DNA of 64,000 nucleotides, from positions 68,200,001-68,264,000 of the forward strand of contig NC_043008.1 of assembly GCF_006345805.1 (NCBI RefSeq). The letters are read 5' to 3'. This stretch comes from Octopus sinensis. Lineage: Eukaryota. The notes under the pieces were generated by a model that saw only the letters and a list, made by a program, of their open reading frames with translations, ran no database searches and had not been told where the DNA came from. Made by a program: the position numbers and the translations under genes. This document shows, one piece after another, positions 14,041 to 26,280 of the stretch (position 1 is the stretch's first letter; every line of letters starts with the position of its first letter).

Positions 14041-17000
14041 ACTAACAAATTGTTGAAGTTGCAATTATACAACACAAATTTTAAGGTTAATTTGGGTCAA
14101 AACCAAAATTACATCCCTATACAAAATTCACCAATGGTTTCATTTTTTTATATATGCATTCTTTCTAAATGCAATTAAGACATTCAACAAGTCACACATG
14201 CATGACTTGATAAAACAGCCATTTTGTCTTTATAAAATCTTGCATGCCAAATTAATGAGATTCTGAATTCCATGACAAAAAATGCTGATTTCATTGTTTT
14301 TTTATCTTCAATACATTCACCAGTAAGTACTGACCCCACCCGACACTTATTTGAAGAACAAGTTGCAAAGAGCTGACTGAGACTTCAGATAACAGCCTGT
14401 ATGTAATGATTGCTGGTGTGTGCAAACGCACGTTCCACATTTTTAGCCTAACAAACATTGTCTCCCATCACTAGGTGAATATTAGTTTAAAAGGAATTGC
14501 TTTCTTTTGCACTATTTTTACTGTAATACACGTATTTCTGACAGAAACCACATAAATTTATGTTGTACAACTGCAACATTAAACTCTAAAATAGTCAGTG
14601 GCTATGTCGGTCTACCACGATTACAATTATCTTATAAAATCAATTATAGAAAATAATTTTTTGTTAACAAGAGTTTCAATAGCTGAGCAATTAAATTTAT
14701 CAGAAAACAATAGAAATTAATAGCGACTTAAGGAGACTGACATGCTCTGGAAACCATGACCTACTTCTGAGTCTGCAGCCTACTTCTCGATACAGTGACC
14801 CAATTTCTTGTCTATGACCTTGTTTTTATTGTTAGTTGTAGTCATGTACTTCAGTTGCATCGATACTGCCCTTGAGACTGATTGTTGATACGATAAAACA
14901 TGTCTCACATGCAATGTGCATCTTCCACCCAGAGTAGTAAAATAAATTGTTTTACTTCAACTCCATCTCGAGGACGAACAAGACATTACTGCCAAGCTCA
15001 AGCAACTCCTAAGACCCTAGTTTTGGATTACACGAAAATGCTGATAAAAATTATTTCTCGCATTGACTACAAGGCCTAACAGATGTCGAGAGTTGTCAAG
15101 TCGAACGACTGATAATTTTTATAACACGGGCATGGGCAATGTAGAAGGAGAAAACTAAATATTACTAGGCATTATAATCCGGCAGCCTATAATGTCTACT
15201 ACCACGCCACCACCCTAACAACGTGATCAAAAATTAACAATGGCCTTGACAAGCACACAGCTTGACTCCTCTTCACATCAGTGGCCGTGTATACTATCTG
15301 AAGAAATGAAAACTGTTAGTTTTGGCGCCCAAGCTTTCTAGCCTTTTTTTTTTCTTTTTTTTCTTCTTCTTTTTCCAATGCCAGAATAATCCAAATAAAT
15401 GGACGATATTTTAATGTATGACATCCTATTGGAAGAGAAACCTTACAACAAGCATATTATCGAAGATTAGAAATACTAATACAAAAACTGGAACAATCAC
15501 ACCATTTTTCAAAAGTCAATTCCACATTTTCTAACATTAAAACGTAAAACAAGTGTTCACAAAGGTTCCAATACTGGTATTTGTAATGGACACCAAGGAA
15601 CATATAAGGATAGGCTACACTGAAACTGTTTCTATTTAATATTTTCAGCACACTTATAAGAACGATATAATTATAAATATAGACATTGGTTATATTAAAC
15701 CAGACATTTAAACACATACTGCCATTTAAAAATATGGCACTGTTTTATGAAACAAAAGGTCCATGTTTACGCAATTACGACGATCAGTACACCTGCCTAA
15801 GTACTCACTATAATCTGCAACAAACACAGGTACAAGAAAAAAAGAACAATGAAATATTCCCAAGAGGTTATTACAAAACATCACTCTTACGCTTACGAAT
15901 ATTCTATAATTAAATAGACACAGTAAAATAGAAAGATCGCCGAAATATTTATTAAATCAAAATAAATTTTAATTCTATTTTCATTCATATATAAATATGT
16001 ACGTAACGATCGATCCAGATTAATCAACAAGTTCCTCCAAAGTAATAAAACATGCGAAGGAAAGACAATGGAAGTTTGGCACCTGTATAGGTTATAATTA
16101 GAGAAGACATTTAACTCTATTCCTACCTTATAGGTTGTGTCCTACTTAGAGATCACAGTAGCAAGACAGAGAGTACTGCTGCCACCAACGCTGTACAAGC
16201 AGGTTCTCTATTAAAACATTTGCCCAGATTTATTGCTGAAAAAGCAGACTTCGCTAAACATTTCAGAATAAATACGTGTGTGTATATGTACGTATGTATA
16301 CACACACACACATGCAATGCACAAAGAGTTATGAAAATATCTACTGTAGATGTACATATATATATGCAGCGTAAATCCACGTGTTTGTTCAGAGGCCTAC
16401 ACATGTATTAGGAGGGGGGGATCAATTAAAACAATTACAAATCATTAAATACCTACATGCATGCAAGTCTCGTGTGGAATATATATATATATAGAGAGAG
16501 AGGGGGGGAGATAGTTAAGGAGGGAAAGAGAGATTTGTGTATGAATATTCTATTTGGGACTCGCATATGTGTAGATATATATTGTATATTGATCAATAAT
16601 ACACAGAAGCATGCACATACCAAAACATACAGGTATCAAACGACCAGTTGAAAAAAATTAAGCTATATATATAGAGATATATATATATAAAATATAGTGT
16701 TTATACAGAGGAAATGGCAGCAAAGGGAAAGGAAGAAAATAAAGTAAACAATACAATTCAAATAAAAATAAAAAGAGCGACCGACTCTTAAATCGATTTA
16801 CTGATTACAAATGCCTTGTTACAAATGTGAAGCGATCGCGATCTAAGACAAGGAGAGAAGCAACGATAACACCACTCACCTCTATATAGTCTCGGACAGA
16901 GAACCCATAGAAATGAAAGAAACAGACCTTCACCCCTCCAATTTGCAACGTCCACAAAACTCGATCGCCTCGGTTATATACGTTTATGTACAAGCACACA

Positions 17001-17102
17001 CATGAATATATCTTAATGTTTAACTACGACAGTAAATAAATGGCCGTTTGTGGAATTTATCCGTCAAATAGAAATATAAAAAGATAGCCAAATCGTGCTT
17101 AC

Positions 17103-17230
17103 CAAAGAAAAATGTAGTGGAACCAGCAATGACAAGATAGTGTCACGTGCTCCATGTTAGCCAATCGGAGTCAAGCAGAGCCGGCAACTCTTTGCTCTCC
17201 CGTCCACCCCGCGTGGTCTCTCTTTCGACG
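17103..17230 (-). promoter_or_regulatory. Putative alternative first exon and proximal promoter of the minus-strand gene
   Basis: Canonical donor TTTG|gtaagc at 17103. CpG-retaining unique sequence 16.8-17.6 kb with CCAAT (17161), TATCGAT (17347) and GCGCGAAA. The upper boundary is approximate. Confidence 0.5.
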
Positions 17231-17666
17231 ACACGATTTATTCTAATTAGTATTTTTCTTTCTTTTTACAATAATCAATCATCTCACCCTCTCCGGCACT
17301 TTATATATAAATAAATATATATATATAAACACTAGCAGAATAATTGTATCGATTTATTTAGACTAGGCACATGGCAATAGACATTTAAAGACGAAGAAGA
17401 AAGCTGCAGTAGCAACAAAAATGAAGCGAAATGAATCCAACAGCCGCGCGAAAATGGTTCGTTATGAGCCAGAAAAAATTCTCGATATACTAGTTGGCGA
17501 TGGATTTTTTTTTTTTTTATGTGTATGATGAGTTTAGACAAACTGTTCGATATTTTTAATGGGTAAGACAGGTTCGTGCTTTTCCCGACAGAATTAGAGA
17601 CAGTAAATTTGGCTTAAACACAAATTGAAACCGGGATGCAAACATTACTCATGAGAATCTTAGACT

Positions 17667-17707
17667 AATATTTTATACAAACCCTTACAGGGTTTGTATA
17701 AAATATT
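17667..17707. repeat. Perfect 19-bp-arm inverted repeat with 3-nt loop
   Basis: aatattttatacaaaccct-tac-agggtttgtataaaatatt. Confidence 0.95.
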
Positions 17708-19517
17708 TAAGCTTTAAACGAGATACAAAGACTGTTTGGATGGGGAAAGGAAAGTGGAGGAGAAATTGTAGTGTTCATGTTTTTCCTAAAATATATTAAT
17801 GAGTAGCATAAGGGAACTAAAATGGCCTCAACTAGTTAAGTGAAGCATAATATTAAATAATGAGTTAATTATTGGACTTATATAATGCTGCATAAAACCA
17901 CATAGATCTACAAAGAATCGAAAAATAAGATTACATGGCGTCCATGCCTTTCAGGAAATTTTATATTCGATATCAGTCCCCCTCATCCTATTCTTATAAA
18001 CACAAAACACCCACGCACACGAGCTATCTAGCGAAATCCAGATACTCTTCAACGACACAAAACAAAACACCTCCAGACCACGCAGCCGTCAAGTCACATA
18101 CAATCACACAAACACACACTCATCAATACACGAACACAACACGAGACACCACGCCACACACGAACACAAACTCCACATCCATATACAAACAACCCCTCTG
18201 ACACAAATATCCGAGCCACACACAGACAGGCACTCAAACCACACAGCAAGAAAAAAGAGAGAGAGAAAATGTAAAAGATAAAGATTCAGTTTGTTTATAT
18301 ACGATTTTTTTTTAAATTCTATTATTAGGAAACAAAAAGCAGTACATAGCAGAAAATCGGACAAATACTTTGCACTGTTTAGTTACGTCTTGCGTTCGTA
18401 TTCCAACTAGATCGACTTCGCTTCTCTTTCGACTGGGTTTCATAATTTAATTACTGTTATCGATTTAATCGATTAGCCCTCTCTTTATCAAGTTCTATGT
18501 AGTCTTGTAAAAATGTTAGAAAGGCAGCCTAACAATAATATATCAATCCTCTGTGTTATTTTATTTCGCTAACTACCTAGAATCACTAACATTTTGCTGT
18601 CACACTAATGGAAATGTAGCCATGGCATTTAACAAACACACTAGCCATACAGTGGCGATTTAATGATGGTTTTGAAAAAAATTAAGCCCTAGTAACTCAT
18701 AGTCTTTACAAATATAGGTCAACATACATCTAACGGCAGGGCTACATTTATCCCTCCAGACACCAACACGTCAGCAAATGAAGGAACCACAGCACGTTTG
18801 CTTGATCTGGTAGAAATAACAGTCAAATCGTCCTCAACTAACACCCTACTACCTTAGCCCTGTGATCTCGTGGGTACGCTTTAGAGGACGCGATTTTGTT
18901 TAACTATATCCCTCGAAGACGCAAAACCAGGATGGCCACATGGTTTGTGTTTACAGCATGCTAACTAGCAGAAACATCGTTACTTTCAGCTGTAAACACA
19001 AAACCACAAGACCGCCCGCATTTGCATATCCTAGGGATATAACCTAACAAAATCGTGCCCGCTAAAGCGAACTCGTGCGTTCAGATGCATCATTTCTGAA
19101 TAAAAGATAAGATGATGGGGAAACTGATTGGGAGTGAACATCATCTGTGCACTAAATTACAACAACCTAGAAAGTCAGCATGAATCAGATGGGTAATATA
19201 AACAAAAGCTGTTGGTGTACAGTGAAAATAATGCTTAAACAGAGCTTTTTGTTGGAAAAAGTGTCAGGGTCCTCTTGATAGTACTAACTACATGAAGGTG
19301 GCATAGTCACGTTTGGAAATAAGTCACTTGGATTTGAAATAGAAATCAAAACAATGTGAAATGTCAAATAGGGAGAGTCAGTAGGGTTGTAAGAGGAGAA
19401 TCCCAGGCTGGAATGTTTGGTCTAGTTCATCTAGAGGAATACCAACGTACAGCTTATGTAGGCACACATATCTAACGATGGTATACCAACAAATATTTAG
19501 CAGTGATACACTAACGT

Positions 19518-19748
19518 ATTTCTTATTTCTTTACTACCCACAAGGGGCTAAACACAGAGAAGACAAACAAGGACAGACAAACGGATTAAGTCGATTATAT
19601 CGACCCCAGTGCGTAACTGGTACTTATTTAATCGACCCCGAAAGGATGAATGGCAAAGTTGACCTCGGTGGAATTTGAACTCACAACGTAACGGCAGACG
19701 AAATACCGCTAAGTATTTCGCCCGACGTGCAAACGTTTCTGCCAGCCG
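19518..19748 (-). mobile_element. MetaSINE-like SINE, CpG-intact copy
   Basis: cgaccccagtgcgtaactggtacttatttaatcgaccccgaaaggatgaatggcaaagttgacctcggtggaatttgaactc...gtttctgccagc. Confidence 0.8.
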
Positions 19749-20289
19749 TATTCTGGCTATGGCACACTGACGTACCTCCAGTGATGGCATCCCAGCATAC
19801 ATCTAATGATGGCACGCCAACATTCATCCAGCGATTACACTCCATAGTACATTGATGTCTTGTGATGACATTACATTTCACACCACATCAACAAACATCT
19901 GTAGCAATATAAAACTCCCGGTACGTAACCATTTCCTGGTTCCCCAACATCTACCGCATGCTGGTAATCAACGCATATTTTACGGTACCTCCAACATGTG
20001 TTTCATGGCACATACATTTTCTGGAATACAGAGCTGTTACGCGGGAAAACCTCTCTCATCGCTCCAACGCACGGTCTCTTCCAGCACCCTTAAATTGTGC
20101 ACTGTAAAGCACCCACCCTGCTATCTTCGCCAAACTTTTCAGCAAGTTTTCCTACGGTGTCTCACCCTTGAAAGAGATATCCCTGGACTGGCAATCTACA
20201 GACATAAAGCGATCCTTCATTACCTTGAGTTTTCTCCTCGGAGACCACCGAGTATATCCTCCACAGGTCTTGAACTATCGTTAACTTAT

Positions 20290-21250
20290 TTTCTTGTGTC
20301 ACCCATCAGTAGCTTCTAACCCTGACAAAAGTAATATTATCATATGACAACATCAACAAAGAATCTCGTAATTACCTTACTCAGACGGATATCGCTTATA
20401 GCAACACCCGTCTGACACTGGAAACTTCCTCTTGGAGCTTACAGTAGTAGTATGTACTCAAGTGCTTCTCTGCGACCTTCGTTCTACTTTGGTAAACTCC
20501 GAAATTCGGTAATGACTCCCACTTTTTCCCATTTCTACATTAACGACCTACATGCTATCACTTTCAGACTACACTGTCCTGTGTACATGATATCACAGTC
20601 TACTCCTTAACTTTCCATACACTGGAGTTCGGTATGTACGTGGATAGCATCAACTTAAATACATTACACCAAGCAAAGAGAGCGTCCATGAACAAAAATC
20701 TTGGAAACATTTTTCAGTAAAGACATAAACAACCAAATTTCCTGATACACTACAACACAATCACAGAAGCAGTCTTGTTTGTAAACCACCTTTTTTAATT
20801 ACGAACAACGGTCAACAAAATTCTTTAGTGTCACTTCATAGTGTCATATCTTACGTGGTGATTCTACTTAGATAAATATGCCAACAATGTATTACAAAGA
20901 CTAGCATTTTATCTTCTGTGATCGGCTGCTGATTCTAACTTTAAGTAACGTCCGTAGAAAATGTTGCTCCTCATGTTTGGGACAGTACTGCTGATGCACA
21001 AAAATTTTAAAGACATTCTAATCAAGGACGTTCGACTACTGGCGGCATAGATACACTCACCGACACACAACGTCTCGTTTAGAAATAGTTTCTCCTTTTA
21101 TCACTGAACAACATAGCTGAACATCACCTCCATCTAGGTCCACTAAAATCACCTATGTCCTTTTGTCAATTTTACTGTGTCACTTCTCTTATCTTACACT
21201 TATACACTTCACCCCGTCTTTACACCCGCGAACTACATAAATGTTTTGGA
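20290..21250 (+). mobile_element. Degenerate non-LTR RT remnant (CR1/Jockey-like)
   Basis: Fragmentary RT-like peptides (e.g. FSHFYINDLH at ~20525); many stops and frameshifts. Confidence 0.35.
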
Positions 21251-21303
21251 ATTTCTTCCCCAGCTCACGTACCCTTCCCCTTCGGTAACCATATGCTCTA
21301 GTT

Positions 21304-21557
21304 CAGTGATTTTCAACCGGGTTTTATATGGCCCTGAGGTGGAGGGAGGGGAGCATATAAGATTTTGTTAAAATTTATCTGCAATAAATTGGTTATACTT
21401 CTAAAATATTCAAAATACTATAACAATATTTTTTATATACAATTCTGATGATATTTATAAAAATATAATTTTTTAAACATCGAATGACTAGGAGGGTCGA
21501 TCCAAGTAAAATTAAGAATCAAAAGGGCCTATAGGGAGAAATGGTTGATAAACATTG
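21304..21557. mobile_element. hAT-family MITE
   Basis: TIRs cagtgattttcaacc / ggttgataaacattg; 8-bp flanks ctctagtt and ctctggct resemble a decayed TSD. Confidence 0.65.
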
Positions 21558-21724
21558 CTCTGGCTGAAAATCAAATGTATCAATTTTTGTGTTTGGGAGT
21601 AACTTCAAAAGTAATGGTTACTGCTCAGCTACTTTCACTATCTTCAAGAACTTGTTAACTTAAAACTACAAGAGACTAAATACTAGACATTTACTCCAAT
21701 GTTCTTCCATCACTTCTGCCGTAT

Positions 21725-22060
21725 TTTATCCTTTGTTTCAGTCACTGGACAGCGGCCATGCTGGGGCACCTCCTCGAAGGGTTTTAGTCGGAAGAATCAA
21801 ACCCCAGTACTTCTTTAATCGGCCCCTTTTGCCCAATCACTAAGTTACGAAGGTGTAAATAAATCAACACCTGTTGTCAAGCGGTGGTGAGGAACAACCC
21901 CCCATCCACACACACACATCGCTGGCTCCTTTCAGTTTCGTCTACCTTCTACCAAATCAACTAATAAGGTTTTAGTGGCCTTGCCCAAGGTGCCATTCAG
22001 TGGGACAGAACCCGGAACCATGTTGTTGGGAAGCAGACTTACCATATAGTCACGCTTACG
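21725..22060 (-). mobile_element. CORE-like tRNA SINE
   Basis: ttgtttcagtca...gcggccatgctggggcacc...ttgcccaaggtgcca..cagtgggac.gaacccggaaccatg. Confidence 0.8.
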
Positions 22061-22149
22061 TGGTACAAGATCATTCATTTTGGTAGAGGGGAAATAATCA
22101 GTATATCCAAGTATATTTGGAACTCAGATCACAGGACAAGGTAAAAAAA

Positions 22150-22445
22150 AAAAGACCCCTTCGGTCATGAATGACTTTGGGATTGCACCTATAAAGTTAC
22201 CCTCTGAGTCACAAGTCCGGGCATGGTAGTTTATGGATGACCAACAGTCACCCATGCATACCGACCTCCCCTCTCCACGCCACCGATGTTATCCAAGGTA
22301 AAGGCCGATATAGCTTGGCACTAGCGACATCGCAACTCATTCCTGCAGCTGAGTGAACTGGAGCCATGTGAAATAAAGTGCCTTGTTTAAGAACACAGCC
22401 CGGTCGGGGAATCGAACTCACTATCTCATGATTGTAAGCCAGTCT
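22150..22445 (-). mobile_element. tRNA-derived SINE (second family)
   Basis: Reverse B-box ggaatcgaactc at ~22410; central cagctgagtgaactggagc.atgtgaaat shared with the 50709 copy. Confidence 0.7.
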
Positions 22446-22583
22446 TATTTTTGTTTTTGTCTTTTCTTTTTTAAGGAACATTGCTCAAACACTTTCAATC
22501 GATCGATAAAAGAAATTGGGTAATCGATAGGATTTTAGGGCAATATTTCTGAACTTTTGTTTTCAGTTCTTGACTTATTCAAA

Positions 22584-22880
22584 TGTGGAGGCACATGGCC
22601 AAGTGGTTAGAGCAACAGACTCGAGGTCGAGGGATCGCGGGTTCGAATCTCAGACCGGGCGATGTGTGTGTTTATGAGCGAAACACCTAAGCCCCACGTA
22701 GCTCCGGCAGAAGGTTAATGGTGAACTTCTGCTGACTCTTACACAACTTTCTCTCACTCTTTCCTCCTGCATCTTGCAGCTCACCTGCGACGGATCGGCG
22801 CCCTGACCTTGGAACCTATACGCCAAGGAAACCGGCCCTTATGAGCCAGGCATGGCTCCAGAAGGAACAAACAAAAACAA
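22584..22880 (+). mobile_element. tRNA-derived SINE with intact A/B boxes
   Basis: A-box tggccaagtgg, anticodon-like arm gactcgaggtc, B-box ggttcgaatc, then a non-tRNA body and A-rich tail (aacaaacaaaaacaa). Confidence 0.8.
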
Positions 22881-23229
22881 ACTTTATTCAAATAATTCGA
22901 CTGAAATAGATATCTCGATTTAATTTAAAGGTCAAAATCACTAGTGCGTACTATATACGAGGTTAAAAATGAAAAATATTTTCTAAGCAATGTATGAGTC
23001 TCTATTTGCTTTCCGGCAATGTTTACTCAGACATTTTGTGATGTCGGGCGCGAAAATACCTTAAGCTAAGCCTGAAAGCAATGAAGTCATAAAAGAATCA
23101 TCCATAACTTGCAGTAAGCAACATTTATTAAACGTTATTACTGTTATTTCTCTATTTTCTACAAACAAAATGCACAAAAAATGCTACACGTTTGCATTAT
23201 GTTATATATACAATAATAATAAAGGACGT

Positions 23230-23390
23230 TACCGTATATACAAAACAAGGACGTTATATAGACCTCCTTGACTCAAGTTAGAGAAGGGGTGTGTATTATA
23301 CACAAGGTTTAGGTTTTTCAGAGGTACAGCCCCCTAAAAATCCCCTGCGTATTATACCCAAGGGCGGACTATACTCGAGGATTTACGGTA
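23230..23390. mobile_element. Tc1/pogo-like MITE
   Basis: Ends TAccgtatatac ... tatactcgaggatttacggTA. Confidence 0.5.
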
Positions 23391-23617
23391 CTTAAATATC
23401 AAACAGCTATCAAATATTTCCTATTATGAAGTATAATTATCACTGTACACTTGAAAAAAAAAACGTGATAGTCACGGCTAGAATGGTTTTAATTATAGGT
23501 ATACTCGATCAGGAAGCCAAGCAACAAGTATACACATCATCAAACTGGCTAGAAACCAGTTGATAACGAAGTGATAGTAGGGATGAATGTTCAATTCAGA
23601 TTACTTTATATACGTTA

Positions 23618-23832
23618 AATTTCTAATTTAGGGCATAACAATGCCAGCAATTCGAAGATGAGGGGTTAATCGCTACTATCGAGCGTAGTATTTGACTGGT
23701 ACTTTATTTTATCGACCCAGGAAGGATGTAGGGTAAAGTTGACCTCGGCTGGATTTGAATTCAGGGTATAAAGAATCGAAACAAAAACCAGAAAGCGTTT
23801 TTTCCTTGAAGCTCTGGTATTTCTGCTAGCTC
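23618..23832 (-). mobile_element. MetaSINE-like SINE
   Basis: ctggtactttattttatcgacccaggaaggatgtagggtaaagttgacctcggctggatttgaattcag. Confidence 0.75.
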
Positions 23833-23884
23833 ACCATCTTCTGGTTACCTGTGTGTGTATGTGTACATACACACACACACACAC

Positions 23885-24655
23885 ATACACAAGAGTTATA
23901 TATTATCTGCAATTCACTTGAGTTCTTTGGCGGGAAAAATAGTTCCGCACGCATCAGTAGACACTTAAAGTGCAGGTTTGAATTTGAAACATCAGTTAAG
24001 TTATCGTTATTAGATGAACAATGGCTGCAATTCACTGAAAATTCTCTTTGCCGATTGGCGGGAAAATTATTTTTGCATGCATCACTAACTGTAGTCTCAC
24101 TCTAGTTTGAATATTAAATGCCTCTTAAGTTGTTTTTGAGTTAACTATGGCTGCTGCTCAGCATTCTGTTTGCGTCAAGAGCAGAATTCAATGATGCTTT
24201 TTTTATCCCCCATAGTAAATTGAAGGTTTATCAATCAGAGGCCGAAATTCATCGAAGGATTCTAATGGCAGTGGGACAATATCCTGATGCTATAATCGTG
24301 AACGATTGGGCTAAAAACTTTTAATGACCATACAAGATGACGTGCATCAAGAACTAACTTGATGTTTGACCATTTTCTTGTGTGAGTAATAAGACTGAAC
24401 TAGTCCAGACGGGCAATGACTGATGAATTGACAAAGAATATGTAAATTTGTTATGATTCTGGTTATGAAATCATGCAGAACAGTCATGGTCATAGTTAAA
24501 AACAATAACTTCGCTGATATTTCAAGTGTAGGCCTGCACTGTTGTGACTGGGAGAGCACGTTCAAGTGATGCGCGCGAAACTAACTTTCCCGCCAATAGG
24601 AATAAAAATAAAAGTGCATTGAAAATAATGACTTGCTCTAGCACGAGTATATATA
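23885..24655. mobile_element. Non-autonomous element with long imperfect inverted arms containing TTGGCGGGAAA motifs
   Basis: 23926-24010 matches the reverse complement of 24502-24597; (CA)n tracts lie on both sides. Confidence 0.55.
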
Positions 24656-26074
24656 CACACACACACACACAAACATTTACAATAAATCTTTGACAGTAAT
24701 TTCGAAGATTCGCCATGTTTGGCTTATCAGGATGTATACGCGTTAAATCCTTTGTTCAAAGTTCAGTTTTTATTTATATATATATACATAAATAAACACA
24801 TATATACATATACGCTCAATGTCTTGGGTATTTGGCTTCTTGCCTAAAGTAACATGTAAGTGTGCACCCCGTTTCTTGGCTGGATCATCAACAGCTAAAC
24901 GAGTAATTCTATCGAATTTGCTTCTTGGGTGGGTTTGAGGGAGTCCTGCAGCCCTACAAGTAACAACAGTCAGAGTGGTCGTCGCCCTACATGAACTGAG
25001 AGAAGGCATCAAAACGGACCACAACAAACTGTGGTATCAATATCTCTCTGCAATTACGACAGGGCTCCCACTATAGAGCACTATTGGAAGGTTTTGATGA
25101 CGAAGTACCGTTCAGATCGTATTAGGAACTTAATTCAGTTTTAACTTTTTCACATTGTCTTCAAAAACATTTTCCAATTTTTTTTTTGTTTTGAATGTCG
25201 GAAATTTAAAAAAAAACGGCCAAGAAATTTCTTCTAACTTTCAATTTAACAATAAAAAATGTTTTTAATCCATCGCTTCATAAAATGTATTTATATATTT
25301 AATGACAGGATAATAACATAAGTACGAATTATTAGTTTTTAAAATAATAAGAGCAGTTATAGTATAAACAATTCATTTGGTTTACTGGAAATTTAAAAAT
25401 GCTGTTTTAATTTATGAAGGATGAAAATGTAATTATAAATACAAACAAAATATATTTGATACACTTCAACTGAAAACAAATATAATCATAGACATAGAAA
25501 AAATGTACTTTTAATATTCGCTAACCTATATTACACACAAAAAAATCTAAAACAGCTGTATACCATCTAGACTTGATTAGTAATTGATTGAATATAAATT
25601 CTAAAAAGAAACTTTTTTTTATGGGTTTTGAATCCCAATTTTAAAACAGATCGGAAAACCGTTTTTAAAAAGGCTTACGAATAGCTCCAGAGCGAAGAAT
25701 CCTTGGAAATAATCCCGGACAACGATATTTTTTTTCTTTTTTCAAACCTTTCCTCTTGCATTTCTGACGTGTGAAACCCTGAATTATTTTACCAATTCTG
25801 TCCACCCCTTTCGGTCTAAGGCTTTCTTAATGACCCTGGCTCCAACTGGTGCAGTATAGAATTAAATATTGATATAAGGTGCCTTCAAGTGTTTCGCTGG
25901 GCTTGATAATCTTGGTGGTGCCTATTTCTCCCACTTACCCAAAATATGGGTGCCGTTAGCTTTCAAGGAGCTCGTCACCTTTGACAGGCTTTTTAAAACC
26001 CTATTTCCCGCCCACACACAATTCTAAGTTTATTTGTTCTCATTTAAATTTCAACGATGAGAAAAAGTACTTTA

Positions 26075-26280
26075 AATTGGTAGAATCGGAAGAGTGATAA
26101 AGTAAAGGTTTTGCAGTATTCAGATAGGGCTCTTTACGTTCGGAGTTCAAATCCGCCAAGATTTGACTATACTTTTCATCTTTCCAGAATCCTTAAAGTG
26201 AAGAAAGCCCTTGTCAAGTACTGGGGGTTGACTATGGCAGCCCGCGAAAATTCCTGGTCGTGTTCGAAATTATAATATTA
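26075..26280 (+). mobile_element. Diverged MetaSINE-like SINE
   Basis: ttggtagaatcg...ggagttcaaatccgccaag...ttttcatctttcc...aagtactgggggttgac. Confidence 0.6.

Noticed and set aside
14606-14990. Possible solo LTR (TG...AATAAA...CA)
   Set aside because: No matching target-site duplication, PBS or second LTR.
16127-16235. Possible extra minus-strand exon (tttttcag acceptor, aag|gtagga donor)
   Set aside because: Stops in all three frames; it could be a UTR exon but splice signals alone are insufficient.
19852-20319. 155-aa plus-strand ORF
   Set aside because: No recognisable domain or splice context; lies beside decayed LINE sequence.
22584-22660. Possible tRNA gene
   Set aside because: No complementary 3' acceptor strand; it continues into a SINE body, so it is a SINE head.
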